Of a DNA stretch of 64,000 bases, positions 1 through 16,378 are shown piece after piece (the first letter of the stretch is position 1; each line of letters starts with the position of its first letter). The stretch lies in assembly GCF_009914755.1 (NCBI RefSeq), contig NC_060944.1. One strand, written 5' to 3'. The stretch comes from the human T2T-CHM13v2.0 reference genome, Homo sapiens. A program made the translations under genes and the position numbers. The notes beneath the pieces are model-generated. The model was not told where the DNA came from. It worked only from the letters and a program-made list of their open reading frames with translations, and made no database searches.

Positions 1-1031
1 GTGCCAAGGAACACAAAAGGCACTCAAAATATGTTTGTTGATTGGAGTTTACAAGGAAGAAAGGTATTTTCTTATCCCTCTCTTCCCTTCCCACCCAAAC
101 ATAGCTTCTTCTAAGAAAAGAAACTGAGGCTGGGCAAGGTTAAAAGCTAGCTCCTGGTACTTTTGCATCCACACTCAGTTTACCTGTGCCTTAAACCAGA
201 CTTCATCAAACTTCAGTCTTCACAAGTCACTTCACCATTTTTGCTCTACCTACTTACTGCCTGTGATAGAAATCAACTCAGTTTGTTTAGCGGTATAAAC
301 TTAAAAGGAACTTTAGATCAATCACTTGTCTTAGAAGGTAACCACAAAAATACAAAGCAATAAAAATAAAAACATGTTAACATGAATTTCAGTTGCCTGA
401 AAGCTGTAAGTCTGCTTTTTTAAAAGAGAAATTGGAGTTAAGCAGACTTTTCATTTTTTGATCATGACCCTGAAAGAGAAATATATTTGACATCAAAACT
501 CAGCACATATCCTTGGTCTATATATACACGTGAAAGTTTCATAAAACAATACACTGATATTTTCCATGCTGTATTCTATTTCATTTTTTAAAATGCTGGT
601 TGTATCCCATTAAACTGGTTTCAAAATAAATATAACATGTACACAACAACAACAAAAAAAAACACTGGGTTAGAGGGCCAGTAAGCTCAGCGAGTATCAG
701 CAACTGAGACTTCATCCTTGTCTCACAAGGACTAAAAAGAGAATAATGTTCTCATTATGTGGTTCAATGCCACACCCATGTATCTGAGATATACATGTCA
801 CAATCTGGGAGAAGCCTGTCCTCAATTTACTTTAAATACCCAATTCTGCCTAGAACATGACTTAGACACATAGTAAGCTCTTGAGTGAAGTGCAGATGAT
901 AATGACACGATCACATACCACTTAAAAATATCTTAACACCTTTACTTAGATCTCATCTCATACTTGTAGCATTTCTTCAAATTTACTTTGAAAAAAGAGC
1001 TTCACTGTGTGTGGTTGTCATACACATTCTT
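1..1031 (-). other. TP53RK: TP53RK 3'UTR (probably continues beyond the window start)
   Basis: AT-rich sequence after the stop codon. No clear minus-strand AATAAA was noticed, so the 3' end probably lies outside the window. Confidence 0.7.
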
Positions 1032-1550
<519 letters not shown>

Positions 1551-1789
1551 TTAACGGGTAAACTTAATTTTCAAAGATTAAGCCAGTTTTTCCATCTATA
1601 TCTACTTATTTCAGGACTATTGAGGAATGCTACAGGAAATGGTACAACTGAACTCATCTGGAATATTCCCCTGCTCATGCCCACTGCAGGACTATGCCTG
1701 GGAACACCCCACAGCTAAACTGAGGAGGCCATAGCTTCCTCCTCCCTTCCAAACCACCCTTTCTCACTGGACTTCATTTGTCACACTCA

Positions 1790-2161
<372 letters not shown>

Positions 2162-2179
2162 CTAGCTTCGAGGTTCATC

Positions 2180-3190
2180 TTCGTAGTCAGAGAGGACAGG
2201 GTTCAAATCCCAGCTGCTTTTCTTATTAGTTGTCTAATCTAATCTTAAAATTACATTAACTTCTCTAAGCCTCAGTTTCTGCTACTATACAAGGAACAAT
2301 AGCTCCAATAAACTCAATGAATCTTTACTGAAAGTCAACCAGGCTCAGTATACTTTTCTAGAAACTGAGAGATGTTATCAATGGGGATACAGCAATAAAC
2401 AAGCCAGCTATAATACAATCTCTGCTTAACGAAACAGATCATGAGGCTGAAAACAGAAATATGAATACACAAATAACTTCATGAAATCTTAAGTCTCTGA
2501 AAGGGCAGCAATGTGTCCGCTTGTTGGCTACTGAATATCCCCCACCCAGATCTCCCAGCACTTAACAATGTCCTGGTACCCACTGGTACCTAAAAAATAC
2601 TGATAAAAGAAAGGCAAGAAGCGTAAAAGTAAAAAGCCAGGGCTTCTGAGTCAGAGGCATAAGGAGCTGAGGGCCTGGACCGGCCACTTAGTAACCGTGT
2701 AACCTTGGGCAAGTTACTTCTCTCTGAGTGTCACTTTCTCATCTGAGGACAAAGTTTATGGTGCTGGCGCACAATGATGTTTAATGAAAAAATAGGCAAT
2801 TTAATGAAATCCAACATTTATTGGGCACTATGTGCCAGGCACACATTTGAACATAATACGTGACACACATACCTCCTCTAATGGTCACAACATCCCTATG
2901 ACATGGATACTGCTACTATGTCTCCCATTTTACAGGTGAGAAAACCGAGGCTGAGAGGCTAAATAACTTGTTGAAAGGCTACACAAGCAGCAGAGTTAGT
3001 ATTTCAACCCAGGGAGCCTGGCTCCAGTGGGGCAAGTACTTGTCATTACATGTTTCTTAAAACTAATAAATGGAAAGATAATGATCGAAAATTGAAACGA
3101 GTCAAATGGGGAAACCAAGGCTCAGGGAAGTTAAACATGTTCAACATTGAGCAATAATGACAGATCCCAGATTTGAACCAGGCAGAACGG
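2180..3190. mobile_element. Cluster of MIR/L2 fragments in the TP53RK intron
   Basis: MIR core motifs gggttcaaatcccagct, gcctcagtttc, cccattttacaggtgagaaaaccgaggct. Confidence 0.7.
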
Positions 3191-3234
3191 CCTCAGGACA
3201 AAAGCTTGACGCTGCATGGCCACGTGGTTTCTTA

Positions 3235-4250
<1,016 letters not shown>

Positions 4251-4809
4251 TCCTCTTAAGTGCTAGGATAACTACCATTTAGTGCATTCAGAAGAAATAA
4301 GGTTAAATGATGAAAATCCTTACAGAAAAGAAAATTGAGACTCAGAGCTGGCAGAGGGGGTGGTAAGATGGGGTGGGGAGTGGGGGCTGGGGAATCCGGG
4401 AAAGTCTTCCGGAGACAGAACCTAAACTGAATTGGGAATAATTAAACTTTTTCAGTTTCTACCTGTTTCATTACAAAGCTTATAATAACACAGGCTGTAG
4501 CAAATTCTTACAATACGGAACTTTGCACACGCACACATAAATAAATAAACTACCTATCCCCCTTGTGACACTGCTGGCCGTTAGTTTCTTTCCAGAATTT
4601 TCTTTCATTCAGTGTGCACACTCACACATCGTTGTGGCGTTTTTTCCAACATAAATGACATCATACTGTGGGTTCTTTGGCAACTTGCTTTTCATTTTCC
4701 TAAACAATTTATCTCAGACTATATTCCATATCAATACATACAGAGCTACCACGTCCTTCTACCTGGTCAGGCAGTTTCTTGTTGCTAAACAGTTGTTTCC
4801 AGTTTGTTG

Positions 4810-4905
4810 TTTCTCAGGAAAACACTTTACTTACTATTGCCAGTTTATTATAAAAGATAGTATAAAAGATAAAAATGAACAGCCAGATGAAGACGTACAT
4901 AAGGA
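4810..4905. mobile_element. MER21-like LTR fragment
   Basis: ggaaaacactttacttac...gtttattataaaagata...gaacagccagatgaagac resembles MER21. Confidence 0.5.
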
Positions 4906-4910
4906 AAAGT

Positions 4911-6600
4911 AAAAATTGTACGTGTTTATCGTAAGTAACATGTTTTGAAATATGTATACATTGTGGAATGGCTAAATCCAGCTAGTTAACGTTACCTAAC
5001 ATACTGTTCATTTCGGGGGTGAGGACACTTAAAATCTATTATCTTAGCATTTTTCAAGAATACAACCCATTGTTATTATCTATAGTCACCATGTCGTGCA
5101 ATAGATTTCATGAATGTTTCCTCCTATCTAACTGAAATTTTGTATCCTTTGACCAACTTCTCAAAATCCTCCCTATCTCCCTCCCCCTACCCCACCGCCT
5201 GGTAACCACCATTCTACTCTGCTTGCATGAGTTCAACTTTTCTTACCTTCCTCATATAAGTGAGATCATGGGATATTTGTCTTTCTGTGCCTAGCTTATT
5301 TCATTTAACACAATATCCTCCTGTTCCATCCATGTTGCTGTAAATGACAGCATTCCATTCTTTTTAAAGGCTGAATAGTATCCCATTGTGTATATAAATG
5401 TACCATATTTTTATCCATTCATTTAGTGATGGACACTCAGATTGAGAATTGTGAATGATGCTGCAATTAACATGGGACTGCAGACATCTCTTCAATATAC
5501 TGATTTTGTTTCCTTTGGATATGTACCCAGTAGTAGGGTTGCTGGATCATAAGGTAGTTCTATTTTTATTTTTTTTGAAGAACCTCCATACTGTTGTCCA
5601 TAATGTCTGTACTAATTTACATTCCTATCAACAGGGTGCAACGGTTCCCTTTTCTCCACATCCTTGCCAACACTTATTATCTTTCTTATGTTTTAAAATA
5701 GCGATTCTAACAGGTCAGAGGTGATATCTCATTGTGGGTTTAATTTGCATTTCGCTGATGATTAGTGATGTTGAGCATTTTTTTTTAATATACCCGTTGT
5801 CCATTTTTATGTCTTCTTTTGAGAAAGATTTCTTTGGATCTTTTGCCTACTTTTAATTCAGGTTTTGTCCTTTCTTACTATTGGATTGTATTCCTTATAT
5901 ATTTGGATATTAACCCCTCATCAGATGTATGGTTTGCAAAAATTTTCTCCCATTCTGTAGTTTGTCTTTTCACTCTTTTTTTTTCTTTTTTCTTGACTGT
6001 GCAGAAACGTTTTAGTTTGATGCAATTCCATTTGTCTATTTTCACTTTTGCTGCCTGTGTTTTGAGAGTCCTACACAAAAAATCGTTGCTCAGGCCAATG
6101 CCATGACATTTTGTCCCTGTTTTCTTATAAGAGTTTTATAGTTTTGGCTCTTACATTTAAGTCTAATCCATTTTGAGTTGATTTTTGCATATGATGTAAG
6201 ATAAGAGTCTAAATTCTTTCACATGAATATCCAGTTGTCCCAACACCATTTATAGAAAAGACTGTCCTTTCTCCATTACGCGTTCTTGGCATGTTTGATG
6301 AAACTCAATTGACTATAGTGCGTGGATTTATTTCTGGGCTCTCTATTCTGTTCCATTGGTCTATGTGCCTGTTTTTATGCCAGTGACATGCTGTTTTGAT
6401 TACAATAACTTTGTAGTATATTTTGAAGTCAGGCAATATGATGCCTCCAGCTTTGTTCTTTTTGCTCAAGATTGCTTTGACTATATGGAGTCTATTATGA
6501 TTCTATATAAATTTTAGAATTTTTTATTTCTACAAAAATGTCATTGGAATATTGATAAGAATTACATGGAATCTGTAGGACATTTTAACAATGTTACTTC
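4911..6600 (-). mobile_element. Old L1 (L1MA-type) 3' end, including decayed ORF2 C-terminus
   Basis: Minus-strand translation KVKIDKWNCIKLKRFCTVK...RQTTEWEKIFANHTSDEGLISK is L1 ORF2p-like; typical L1 3'UTR sequence follows. Confidence 0.92.
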
Positions 6601-7490
6601 TCCAGTTTTGTTTCATTTTTTTTTGTTTTGTTGTCTCTTATAAACAGTGCTGCAGTGAGCAGGCTTATCCAGCCATCTTTGCACACATGAATGTTTCTGA
6701 GGACATCTTTCTACGGGTGATATTGCTGGGTTGTAGGTGACAAGCACTTTGAAACTCGACTCCTCAGCCAAACTACCCTCCCAAAGTTTTGTGCCTATTT
6801 ATGCTTCAGTCAAATTCATGTCTCATTTTCCCATATCTTCATCTTCATTGAGATTCTCAGGTGCTGGAACGCTCAGTCAGGGGGTGGAGAGGGAGGGTGC
6901 TCAGGTTCCAGGCAGTGAGAACAGACACAGGGTAGGATTGGGTTGGACAAGGACCAGCAGCTCCACATGGCTGCTGGCAGGTTGGCACTGGGGACAGGCT
7001 GGGAGCTGAAAGAACAAGGACAGTGGCCTGGTCCCAAAGGATTTCTCTTGCTGGAGGAGAGGTGCTGTGAGCCTGGGGTGACTACACCAAGCATGGCCCT
7101 TTGGGGCCTTGACCTCTGGCTGCAAAATATGCAGCTGAGCTCTGGGTAGAACAGCCAAGCAGTAAAGGGGAGGGAGGGGTCTACTTTTTAGCCCTTTCTG
7201 AGCCTGAAAGAGAACCTATGGCCTCTTCTTCACTTCCCACCCACCAGCACCAGATGCCCATTCAGTGATTTATTCACCAATTAATTTAATAAATATTTAT
7301 TGAGTGACTACTATAGGCCAGGTACTGTGCTAGGCCCTGGGGACAGAGCTGTAAACAAAATAGAGAATAATTATTACTGCCCTCATGGAGTTTACATTCT
7401 AGTGGGTGGAAACCAGCAATAAACAAATAAGGAAAATGTGTCATTGACAGGGGCTAGCAGGAGATAAATCCAGCAGGAAGGGGGATGGGA

Positions 7491-7928
7491 AGGATGACGT
7501 GCATCTGGGCTTGCCAGGGACAGCCCCAGTTTTTGCCTGTTGCCCTGGCATAACTATTATTAGTGCCCCCGCCTTTTTTTTGAGAAGGAGTCTCACTCTG
7601 TTGCCCAGGCTGGAGTGCAGTGGCATGATCTTGGCTCACTGCAACCTCAACCTCCCAGGTTCAAGTGATTCTCAGGCCTCAGCCTCCTGAGTAGCTGGGA
7701 CTATAGGTGTATGCCACCATGCCCAACTAATTTTTTTGTATTTTTAGTAGAGATGGGGTTTCACCGTGTTGGATAGGCTGGTCTCAAACTCCTGACCTCA
7801 AGTGATCCACCTGCCTCGGCCTCCCAAAGTGCTGGGATTACAGGCGTGAGCCACTGCGCCCAGGCTAGTGTCCCCTTTTTACTCTCAAAAGCATTCTAGT
7901 TTGGATGATACAATATATGGTTACCCTA
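7491..7928. mobile_element. MER81-like hAT MITE interrupted by an Alu
   Basis: Termini aggatgac... and ...tggttacccta; the Alu is flanked by duplicated tagtgccccc/tagtgtcccc. Confidence 0.6.
7574..7865 (-). mobile_element. Alu (AluS-type)
   Basis: Poly-T followed by full-length antisense Alu. Confidence 0.95.
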
Positions 7929-7964
7929 TGTGTAGTAGAGTGGGGGTGGGAGGGAGTGATGCAA

Positions 7965-8270
7965 TTTTATTTTATTTTATTTTTTATTTTTATTTTTATT
8001 GAGACAGGGTCTTGCTTTGTTGCCCAGGCTGCAGTGCAGTGATGCAACCTGCTGGGGCTCAAGCAATCAATCCTCCTACCTTAGCCTTCTGAGTAGCTGG
8101 GACCACAAGCATGTGCCACCACCCCCAGCCAATTGTTACCATTTTTTGTAGAGATGGGGTCTCCCTATGTAGTGCAGGCTGGTTACGAACTCCTGGCCTC
8201 AAGTGATCCTGTTGCCTCGGCCTCCCTCCCAAACTTCTGGGATTACACATCTGAGCTACCATGCCGGGCC
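7965..8270 (-). mobile_element. Alu (AluJ-type, internal deletion)
   Basis: (TTTTA)n tail, antisense Alu body. Confidence 0.9.
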
Positions 8271-9294
8271 TAATTTTAAATAAAGTGGTTGAGAAGGTGT
8301 CAACGAAAAGGTGACATTTGAACCCTGTGAATGGATTCCTGGGGGAAGATCTTTCCAGACAGGAGAGGCCCCAGAGAGGAAGTGTGCTTGACATGTTTGA
8401 GTAAGAGTGAGTTATTTAACCTCTCTGTGCTTTAGTTTCCTCATCTGTAAAAGAAGATTGTAGATAATATTCATCTTGTAGGGTTTTTGTGATGATTAAA
8501 TGTGTAACAAGGTAAAACACATAGAACCGTGCTGGGCACATGATATGCACTTCGAAATGGAAGCTATTATTATTATGGAGTGTTTAGTATGATGACAATT
8601 AAAACTGGACCCCCAGTATCCAACCACTGCTCCTTGTCGGGGAAGGGGCTTCCCATTGTGTGGTGTCTCGGGGAACACAGAAACCACCTCCCACTACAGA
8701 AGCCTCTCCTTTGCCCCATCCTTGTGTGGCTTGCAACAAGAACCCTGACTTGTACCACCACTGAGTGGAGGTGTGTTGTAACTGTATTAATTAGCTAGGA
8801 AACAAAATAAACTGCTATAACAAAGTAACCTACAAATACTGGCTTAAATATGAGAGAGATTTATTTCTTGCTTATGAAACATCCAGATCTGTTATTCTCA
8901 ACTTATTGCTTCCTCCTCTGAGTCTACTCCACTTGTTGCCCTCTCCACTCAGCAAAAAGGGTGATGACAACCAGGAAAAAGAGATCAACCAGCTAAGAAC
9001 TTGGCCCAAAGTTGCACATGTCACTTCCACTCTCATCCTATTGGCCAGAACTTAGTCACATGGAAGATGCAAAGGAAGCTGGGAAATGTATTCTTTAGCA
9101 GGGCGGACACGAATTCAGCTAAAACCCTGGGTGATTATTACTAAAAGGAAGGAGGGGAGGAATGATATTGGGGGACAATTAATAGACTGCAATGGTTTTG
9201 ATATTTTAAACTGCAAGTAACATCAGTCAACTAATTAGCTTAATTGGCATAAACAATAAGTTCATTTATTATCTCCCAAAATTTCAAGAGGTGT

Positions 9295-9595
<301 letters not shown>

Positions 9596-10740
9596 TTTCA
9601 AGAGATGGAAGGTCCCAGCTGTCATTAGATACCAAGGACATGGGGTCCTTTCATTCTTTTCCACCAGCCTCAGCATGTTGTTTTGGTCCTTATCCTTGTC
9701 ACCTTATGATCTCAAGATGGCTATCAAAGTTCCACACATTATCTGAAGACACAAAAACATTTGGTTCAAGAAGAGGGGCAGTACCTCCTGTATAGTTTTC
9801 TTTATTTGGGAGAAAATCCTTTGCTGAAGCCTCTTCTCTCCCCATCACACTTCCCATAAAGGGCATCGGTCATAGTTGGCCCATGTGCCTTTGGCTTAGC
9901 TACAGAGGAAGCTGGAAAAGTGAGGATCTGGCATCTTCAGCCTTTGAAGATGGAGATGTGTTCTATAAGCAACGAGCAAGCGAGCTGGGCATAGCTATTG
10001 GAAAGGCAGCCACAAATGGCTGGCACACTGTGACGCCCACCAACATCATTTTTCTGTATTTCAGTTTAATCATCTTCAGAATGGGGATAATTAGTTCTAC
10101 TTTGGCAAGTGCTTATAAAAATTAAACAAGATGTTCAACATAAGGGTGCCTGGTGGATAGCAGACACTCTTCATTTGTTCATTTTCCTTCCTTCCACCCA
10201 CTAGTCACTGGGGCCCTGTTTGAAATACCAAAGAAAAGCCCTTTGGTCTGAGGGTTGCTATGACACCAATGCCTTGGGCTCTGCAGTCCTTAGGTTTCAT
10301 TCACACACGAGGCAGGTCGCTTTTTCAAACATAAGATCCTTTATGTTGGCATAATGTGGTTTCTAGCACCTTTCATCAGCCCAGACTACTCAAAGCCTAT
10401 CCAGAACCAATTCTATTTATAACTCCCAGTTTCCCAAGTTTGTGGCTTCATTATCATAATTGTTAGTGTCCACGTAGTTGTCTCTATGGTTACCAAATTC
10501 ATCTGAGCCTCTGCCTTAGAAATCTGCATGAAAACATATTTACAAGACCCAGGCTTGCTATGGTCAGACTGGTTCTGGCTTCTGTGGCAGGAAACTCAAT
10601 TTAAAGCCTTTCAGTGGCTCCCCACTGCACTTAGGATAAAGATCCAATCCTTAATTCAGCCCAGGAGGCCCTGCATAAGATCCCTGCATCCACTTCCAAA
10701 CTTATCTCCCGTGAAACTCCCCCTTCTACTTGGTCTCTGC

Positions 10741-10972
10741 TTTTTTTCTTTCTTTCTTTTTTAAGAAACAGGGTCTCACTCTGTCACCCAGGCTGGAGTG
10801 CAGTGGCATGATCTCAGCTCACTGCAGCCTCCAACCTCCTGGTCTCAAGCGATTCTCTGGCCTCAGCCTCCTGAGTAGCTAAGACTTCAGGCATGAGCCA
10901 CCACACCTAGCTAATTTTTGTATTTTTTTATAAAGATGGGTGTCTTACTATGTTGCCCAGGCTGGTCTCCAA
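10741..10972 (-). mobile_element. Alu (AluJ-type, truncated)
   Basis: Antisense right arm plus part of the left arm. Confidence 0.9.
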
Positions 10973-11637
10973 TTCCCAGACAACTGTAATATCAAGAAAC
11001 ACCAGGAGAGGAGTGAGGTAAGGACAGGAAGGCAGTCAGTGAAAGGTGAGCCCATTTCCACTCTGGGCAACTAGAGCTGAATCCCACTGGGGAACAGAAG
11101 CCAGTGTAGATGACTCAGGCCTCAGACCCAAGGGGCAAGGGACCTGGGTACTTAGACAGCAGTCGTTGACTGAGGGTTGTTCCCAAGAGATGTTACTTTC
11201 TCTGTGCTCCTGGCCTGCCACAAAGCAGCAGAGCAGGGGCAGAGAGAGCCCAAATGCAGATGCCGGCTTGACTGTCAGCCATGTGCAGTGAAGGGCAAGG
11301 CATCCAGGGGACTGAGCATAGCACTGCCAGTGACTGCCCAATGGGGATACATTTTGCATTATTCATCGCCATGGTGGCTGCAAATGACAGAAACAAGCTT
11401 AACCACAAAAAGAAATTTATTTTAGGTGCAGCTGGACCCAGGGGCTCACAGGATGTATCTGGCTGCCTCTCAACATTGCTTTCATCTTCAATGGCTTTAT
11501 CTCCAGGAGTGCTCCCTTTCTCATGATGAGCTCCACATCAACCAGCCCAGCAACCCCAGCAGAAAGAACAGACCCTTCTGCACTGGTTTCTCATTGCTGC
11601 TGCAACGAATTGCCACACACTTAGTAGCTTAAGTGAC

Positions 11638-11943
11638 ATTTTTTTTTTTTTGAGACAGGGTCTCACTCTGTCATCCAGGCTGGAGTGCAGTGGCATGATC
11701 AGGGCTCACTGCAGCTTCAACTCCCCCCTACAAGCCCAAGCAATCCTTCTGCTGAAACCTCCCGAGTAGCTGGGACTATAGGACTACATGTGTGAGCCAC
11801 CACGCCCTGCTGATTTGTTGTATTTTTAGTAGAGATTGGGTTTCGCCCTGTTGGCCAGGTCTCAAACTCCTGGACTCAAGCAATCTGCCCACCTTGTCCT
11901 CCCAAAGTGTTGGGATTACAGGCATGAGCCACCATGCCCAGCC
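11638..11943 (-). mobile_element. Alu (AluJ-type)
   Basis: Antisense Alu with TSD-like ttaagtgacatt/ttaaatgacatt. Confidence 0.92.
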
Positions 11944-12165
11944 TTAAATGACATTTATTATCTTACAGTTCTAGAGATCAGAAGTCTGAAATGGGTCTCA
12001 CTGGGGTGAAATTGGAGTGTCAGCAGGGCTGTGTTCCTTTCTGGGGGCTTTAGGGATAGAATCTGTTTACCTGCTTTTCTAATGTCTAAAAGCTGCCCAC
12101 ATTCCTTGTCTGATAGCCCCCTTTCTCTGTCTTCAAGGCCAGCAACATCCGGTCAATTCCTTCTG

Positions 12166-12583
12166 TGTAAGGACACTCTGTGTTGCTATAAAGAATACCT
12201 GAGGCTGGGTGGTTTATAGAGAAAAGAGGTTTATTTTGGCTCATGGTTCTGCAGGCTGTAGAGGAAGCACAACACCACATCTGCTTCTGGTGAGGCCTCA
12301 GGAAGCTTGCAATCATGGCAGAAGGTGAAAGGGGAGCAGACGTGCCACATGGTGAGAGAGGGAGCAAGAGAGAAGGGAGGAGGTGCCAGTGGGCTCTTTG
12401 AACAACCAGATCTCACATGGACTAATAGAGCAAGAACTCACTCATGAACATGCAGAAGGCACCAAGCCATTCATGAGAGATCTGCCCCCATGACCCAAAT
12501 ACTTCCCATTAGGCCCCTCCTGCAACATTAGGGGTCATATTTCAACATGAGATTTGGAGGGAACACACATCCAAACCATATCG
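12166..12583 (-). mobile_element. MST (MSTB-like) MaLR solo LTR
   Basis: gttgctataaagaatacctgaggctggg...aagaggtttattttggctcatggttctgcaggctg...catccaaaccatatc. Confidence 0.85.
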
Positions 12584-12708
12584 CCTTCTCAGGCTGCCAT
12601 CTCCCCAGCTCTCTCTCCTGCCTCCTTCTACTTTTAAGGATCCTTGTGATTACATTAGGCCCACCCGGCTAATCCAGGATAATCTTTCCAAAATCTGCTG
12701 GCTAGCAA

Positions 12709-13011
<303 letters not shown>

Positions 13012-14157
13012 CACAACTTTAATTCTATCTGCAACCTGAATTCCCCTTTGCCATGTGGCCTAATATATTCACAGTCTCCAGAGATGAGAATAGGAACGTC
13101 TTTGTGGATTGTTATTTTGCCTGCTACACTATTTTCCCCCAACAGTTCTAGCAAAAATCCAGGATCAATTTTCATTGGTCTGCCTTGGGTCACATAACTG
13201 TTTCTGAACACACTACTGTAGACAAAGCAATGGAAAAGACTGATTGGCCAGATCTGGTCATGTGGAAAGGGGAGGTGGAGCCAGCCCCATTGGAATTCAC
13301 ATGGAGAGTGAAGAAGGTGTGGCTCCCCAAAGGAAAATCTGAGTGGTCTTACCAGGAGAAGGTATAATGAATGTCAGGCAGGCAAAAGTCCGGGATGCTC
13401 ACTACAGGTCAGCAGGCCAGAATTTCTTGTTGTGGGAAGAAGATGATACATGTTTAGAATTGTAATGTTGTAATGTTGAATTTTAAATTAAAAGAAAATT
13501 TCGGCACTGTTCTGGGTGATAACAAGCCTCCATCACTGCAAACCTCCAATAAATATAACCACATACATTGCCTAGTGCACGACTCCAAAGTTGTAAGAAA
13601 AATCGGACAACTATTACAGGCATGAAGACGAGCAGTGATAGGGAATTAGGCAAGAGTACAGGGAAAAAAAGCAAGAAGTGATTAGGAGAAATTTCAGCCT
13701 CCTCCATCCACCCTACTCCTAGAATCCAGCTCCAGAACATTAGATTTCCCTTTATATGAGTGTAGTGGGATAATATATTTTTAATGATGATTTTTAAAAA
13801 CTACATCTTTATCCCATTACTGTTGAAACATACTAGAAATGATTTGGTTCATTTGTGAATAACAGAAAGACTCACAATAGCAGTGACTCAAACAATCTAG
13901 CAGTTTATCTTTGAAGTACAGAGACAGTGGGGCCAGGCCTGAAGTGGTACATCACGGAGTTAGGAACCCAGATTGCTGCTGTGGGGTTGCTCTGCTGGGT
14001 TCAGTTTCTACTCTCAAGGTCTCATGGCACAAAATGGCTGCTGGAGCTCTGTCAATCATGACTGCATTCTGGCTGGCTTTAAAGACACTTCCAATAAATT
14101 TCATGCAGTACCTATGCTTATATCCGTAACCATCATGCTACACGCATACATTTAACC

Positions 14158-14342
14158 CAGTGGTTCTCAAACGGAAGAGATTTTGCCTCCCAGGGAATAT
14201 TTGGCAATGCGAGGAGCAGGGAGTGTGCTGCCCTCTAGTGCGAAGAAGCCAGCGATGCTGCTAAACATCCTACAGTACAGAGCATCTTCCTACAACAGTC
14301 TTTCAGTCCAAAATGTCAATAGTGCTGAGGTTGAGAAACCTG
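14158..14342 (+). mobile_element. MER20 (hAT-Charlie), internally deleted
   Basis: cagtggttctcaa...gattttgcctcccaggg...tttggcaatg...aaatgtcaatagtgctgaggttgagaaacctgg. Confidence 0.85.
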
Positions 14343-14869
14343 GTTTATCCTTTCCGAGCCTCAGTTTCCTCACTTATCTAAATGCTGGGAACAGAGAAAT
14401 GATCAAAACAGAGAAAATGATAAAACACGGGACACAGGGGAGGCTTCCTCAGATTAATTATACAGGACTCATGAGTTCTTACGGAATTCAAATTTGATCA
14501 ATCACGTGAAGGTTTTACAAACTAAGGCACTACTAGGGGACAAATCTGTGATTGTTTCAAGTCAGCTGAGTAGCGTTCAGTGACAGTGGAGCAGGCAGAG
14601 CAGGGATAAAGGACTATTTGCAATGGTTCAAGCCTAGTATTTGGGAACCAGAAGGGAAGGGATAGTGCAGTACCCCAGAGAGGGTAACCGTGGAGCTGTC
14701 ACCATCCTTGAGCCACAGGGGTGAAGGAAGGAGTAAAAGGAGAAAGTCATATAGAGAAAAGGTTGTTTGGAGAGGAGCAAGGAGCAATGCACTAGGAGAC
14801 AGAAGGCCTGGGTCACATAGTCTTGCAGAAGTCCCCAAAAGCCCTGCGTATCGCTCGTCACCTCTGCCC

Positions 14870-15410
14870 TCGTCTCCTATCTCTCTTCCCCTCATTCTGC
14901 TCCAGCCATCCTGGCCTCCCTGCTCTTCCTCAGACACACTCCTGCCTCAGGGCTCTGGCGCGTGCTGTTTCCTCTGCTTGGAATGCTGATCCCACAGGTA
15001 TCCTTCTGCCCATTCTCTCACCTCATTCAGGTCTTTTCCCAAGTGTCACCTTCTCATTGAGGACTTCCCAAACCACCTGATTAGGAATTGGCACACTGCC
15101 ATTCCTCTTGCAACTTTGATCCTCTTTCCCTGCTTTATTTTTCTCCATACTGTTTATCATTATCTGGTACCTTATACAATTTACGTATTTATCTTGTATT
15201 GTATTGTATTTTACATATTGTAAAATATGTAAAAAATGTAAAATCTGTCGTCTGTCTCCCTTTATTGAATGTAAGCTCCATGGAGACAAGAGTTTTTCTC
15301 TGTTTTGATCATTTCTCGGTTCCCAGCACTTAGATAAGTTATCAGCATAATAAATACTCAATATATACCTGTTGAATTAATAATTAAATGTAAGAATGAA
15401 TGAATTTATT
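14870..15410 (+). mobile_element. L2 3' end fragment
   Basis: Typical L2 tail: gaatgtaagctccatggagacaag...ctcaatatatacctgttgaat...gaatgaatgaat. Confidence 0.7.
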
Positions 15411-16378
15411 CATTCATAAAATTAATTGTTCATGAATCTCATTAATTATTCATGAAGTAATTGAATCAGTAAACCACTCCTCTTCCATGTGAATCAGAAC
15501 TGACTCATTAGCATACTCCACCGGCTCCCAGCCTGGCCAATGAGACTCAATTCTGAGACTTTGGAGAGAGCTCTTTGAAAAGACAAGCTCTCTTTATACC
15601 AAGGAAAATAAACTGTGAGGATGTGAGTCTGGGACTACCCAGTAAACCTGCCTGAGAGGGAACCCAAAATAGAAGAAGCAGAGAATTACAGAGATCTGAT
15701 GAAATCATTTAACCCTGGATCCGGCCATGCCTGAAGCAGAATTTTAAAATATATGTTAACCAACAAATATATTTTTTTCTTAAGCTGCTTTGAGTTAGGT
15801 CTCTGTAACTTGCAACTGAAAGCATCCTGACTGCCAGGATGAGAGATGTGGAGCAGAGATGATTTGCAGACCAACGAGAGAATCAGCCAAATAGCAGACA
15901 TGGGAGAGAAGAGCACAGATCCTGGGAAATAAATACATATTTTTCTATGCCCCTGAGGTTTTGTGGGAATCTTTTGTTGTTGTTCTGTTTATTTGTTGTG
16001 TAGCAATTTTGTGGCAACAGTTAACCATGACGAATACCGTGGGGCAAATGGAATCTGTTTGGCCCAACATCAGCCTTCCCAATGACTGAGTCAGGTTTAG
16101 AGGTGCTCTGCTACTCTGGGCAGGATGTAGGACATGGGACACAGGGGAAGCTTTGTTGAGGTTGTCTGTGTCCTAGCCAGTTAACTTGATATGGATTCTG
16201 GTGTCCTTTGGGTTGTGTCCGGTTTGCTAACACCTTGTTTTTAAAACATAATATCTCCTGCTTCATTAAAAAAAAAATCAGGAAAGTTCACGTTTCCTAT
16301 AATGAAAAATATTAGCATCAGGTCCACATTCCTACCTAGCCAGCCTGCTGAGCTCCACCCAGCTGTCCCTGTTAGTCC

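Noticed and set aside
5819-6106. ORF with L1 ORF2p similarity
   Set aside because: A decayed fragment of an old truncated L1; not an active element.
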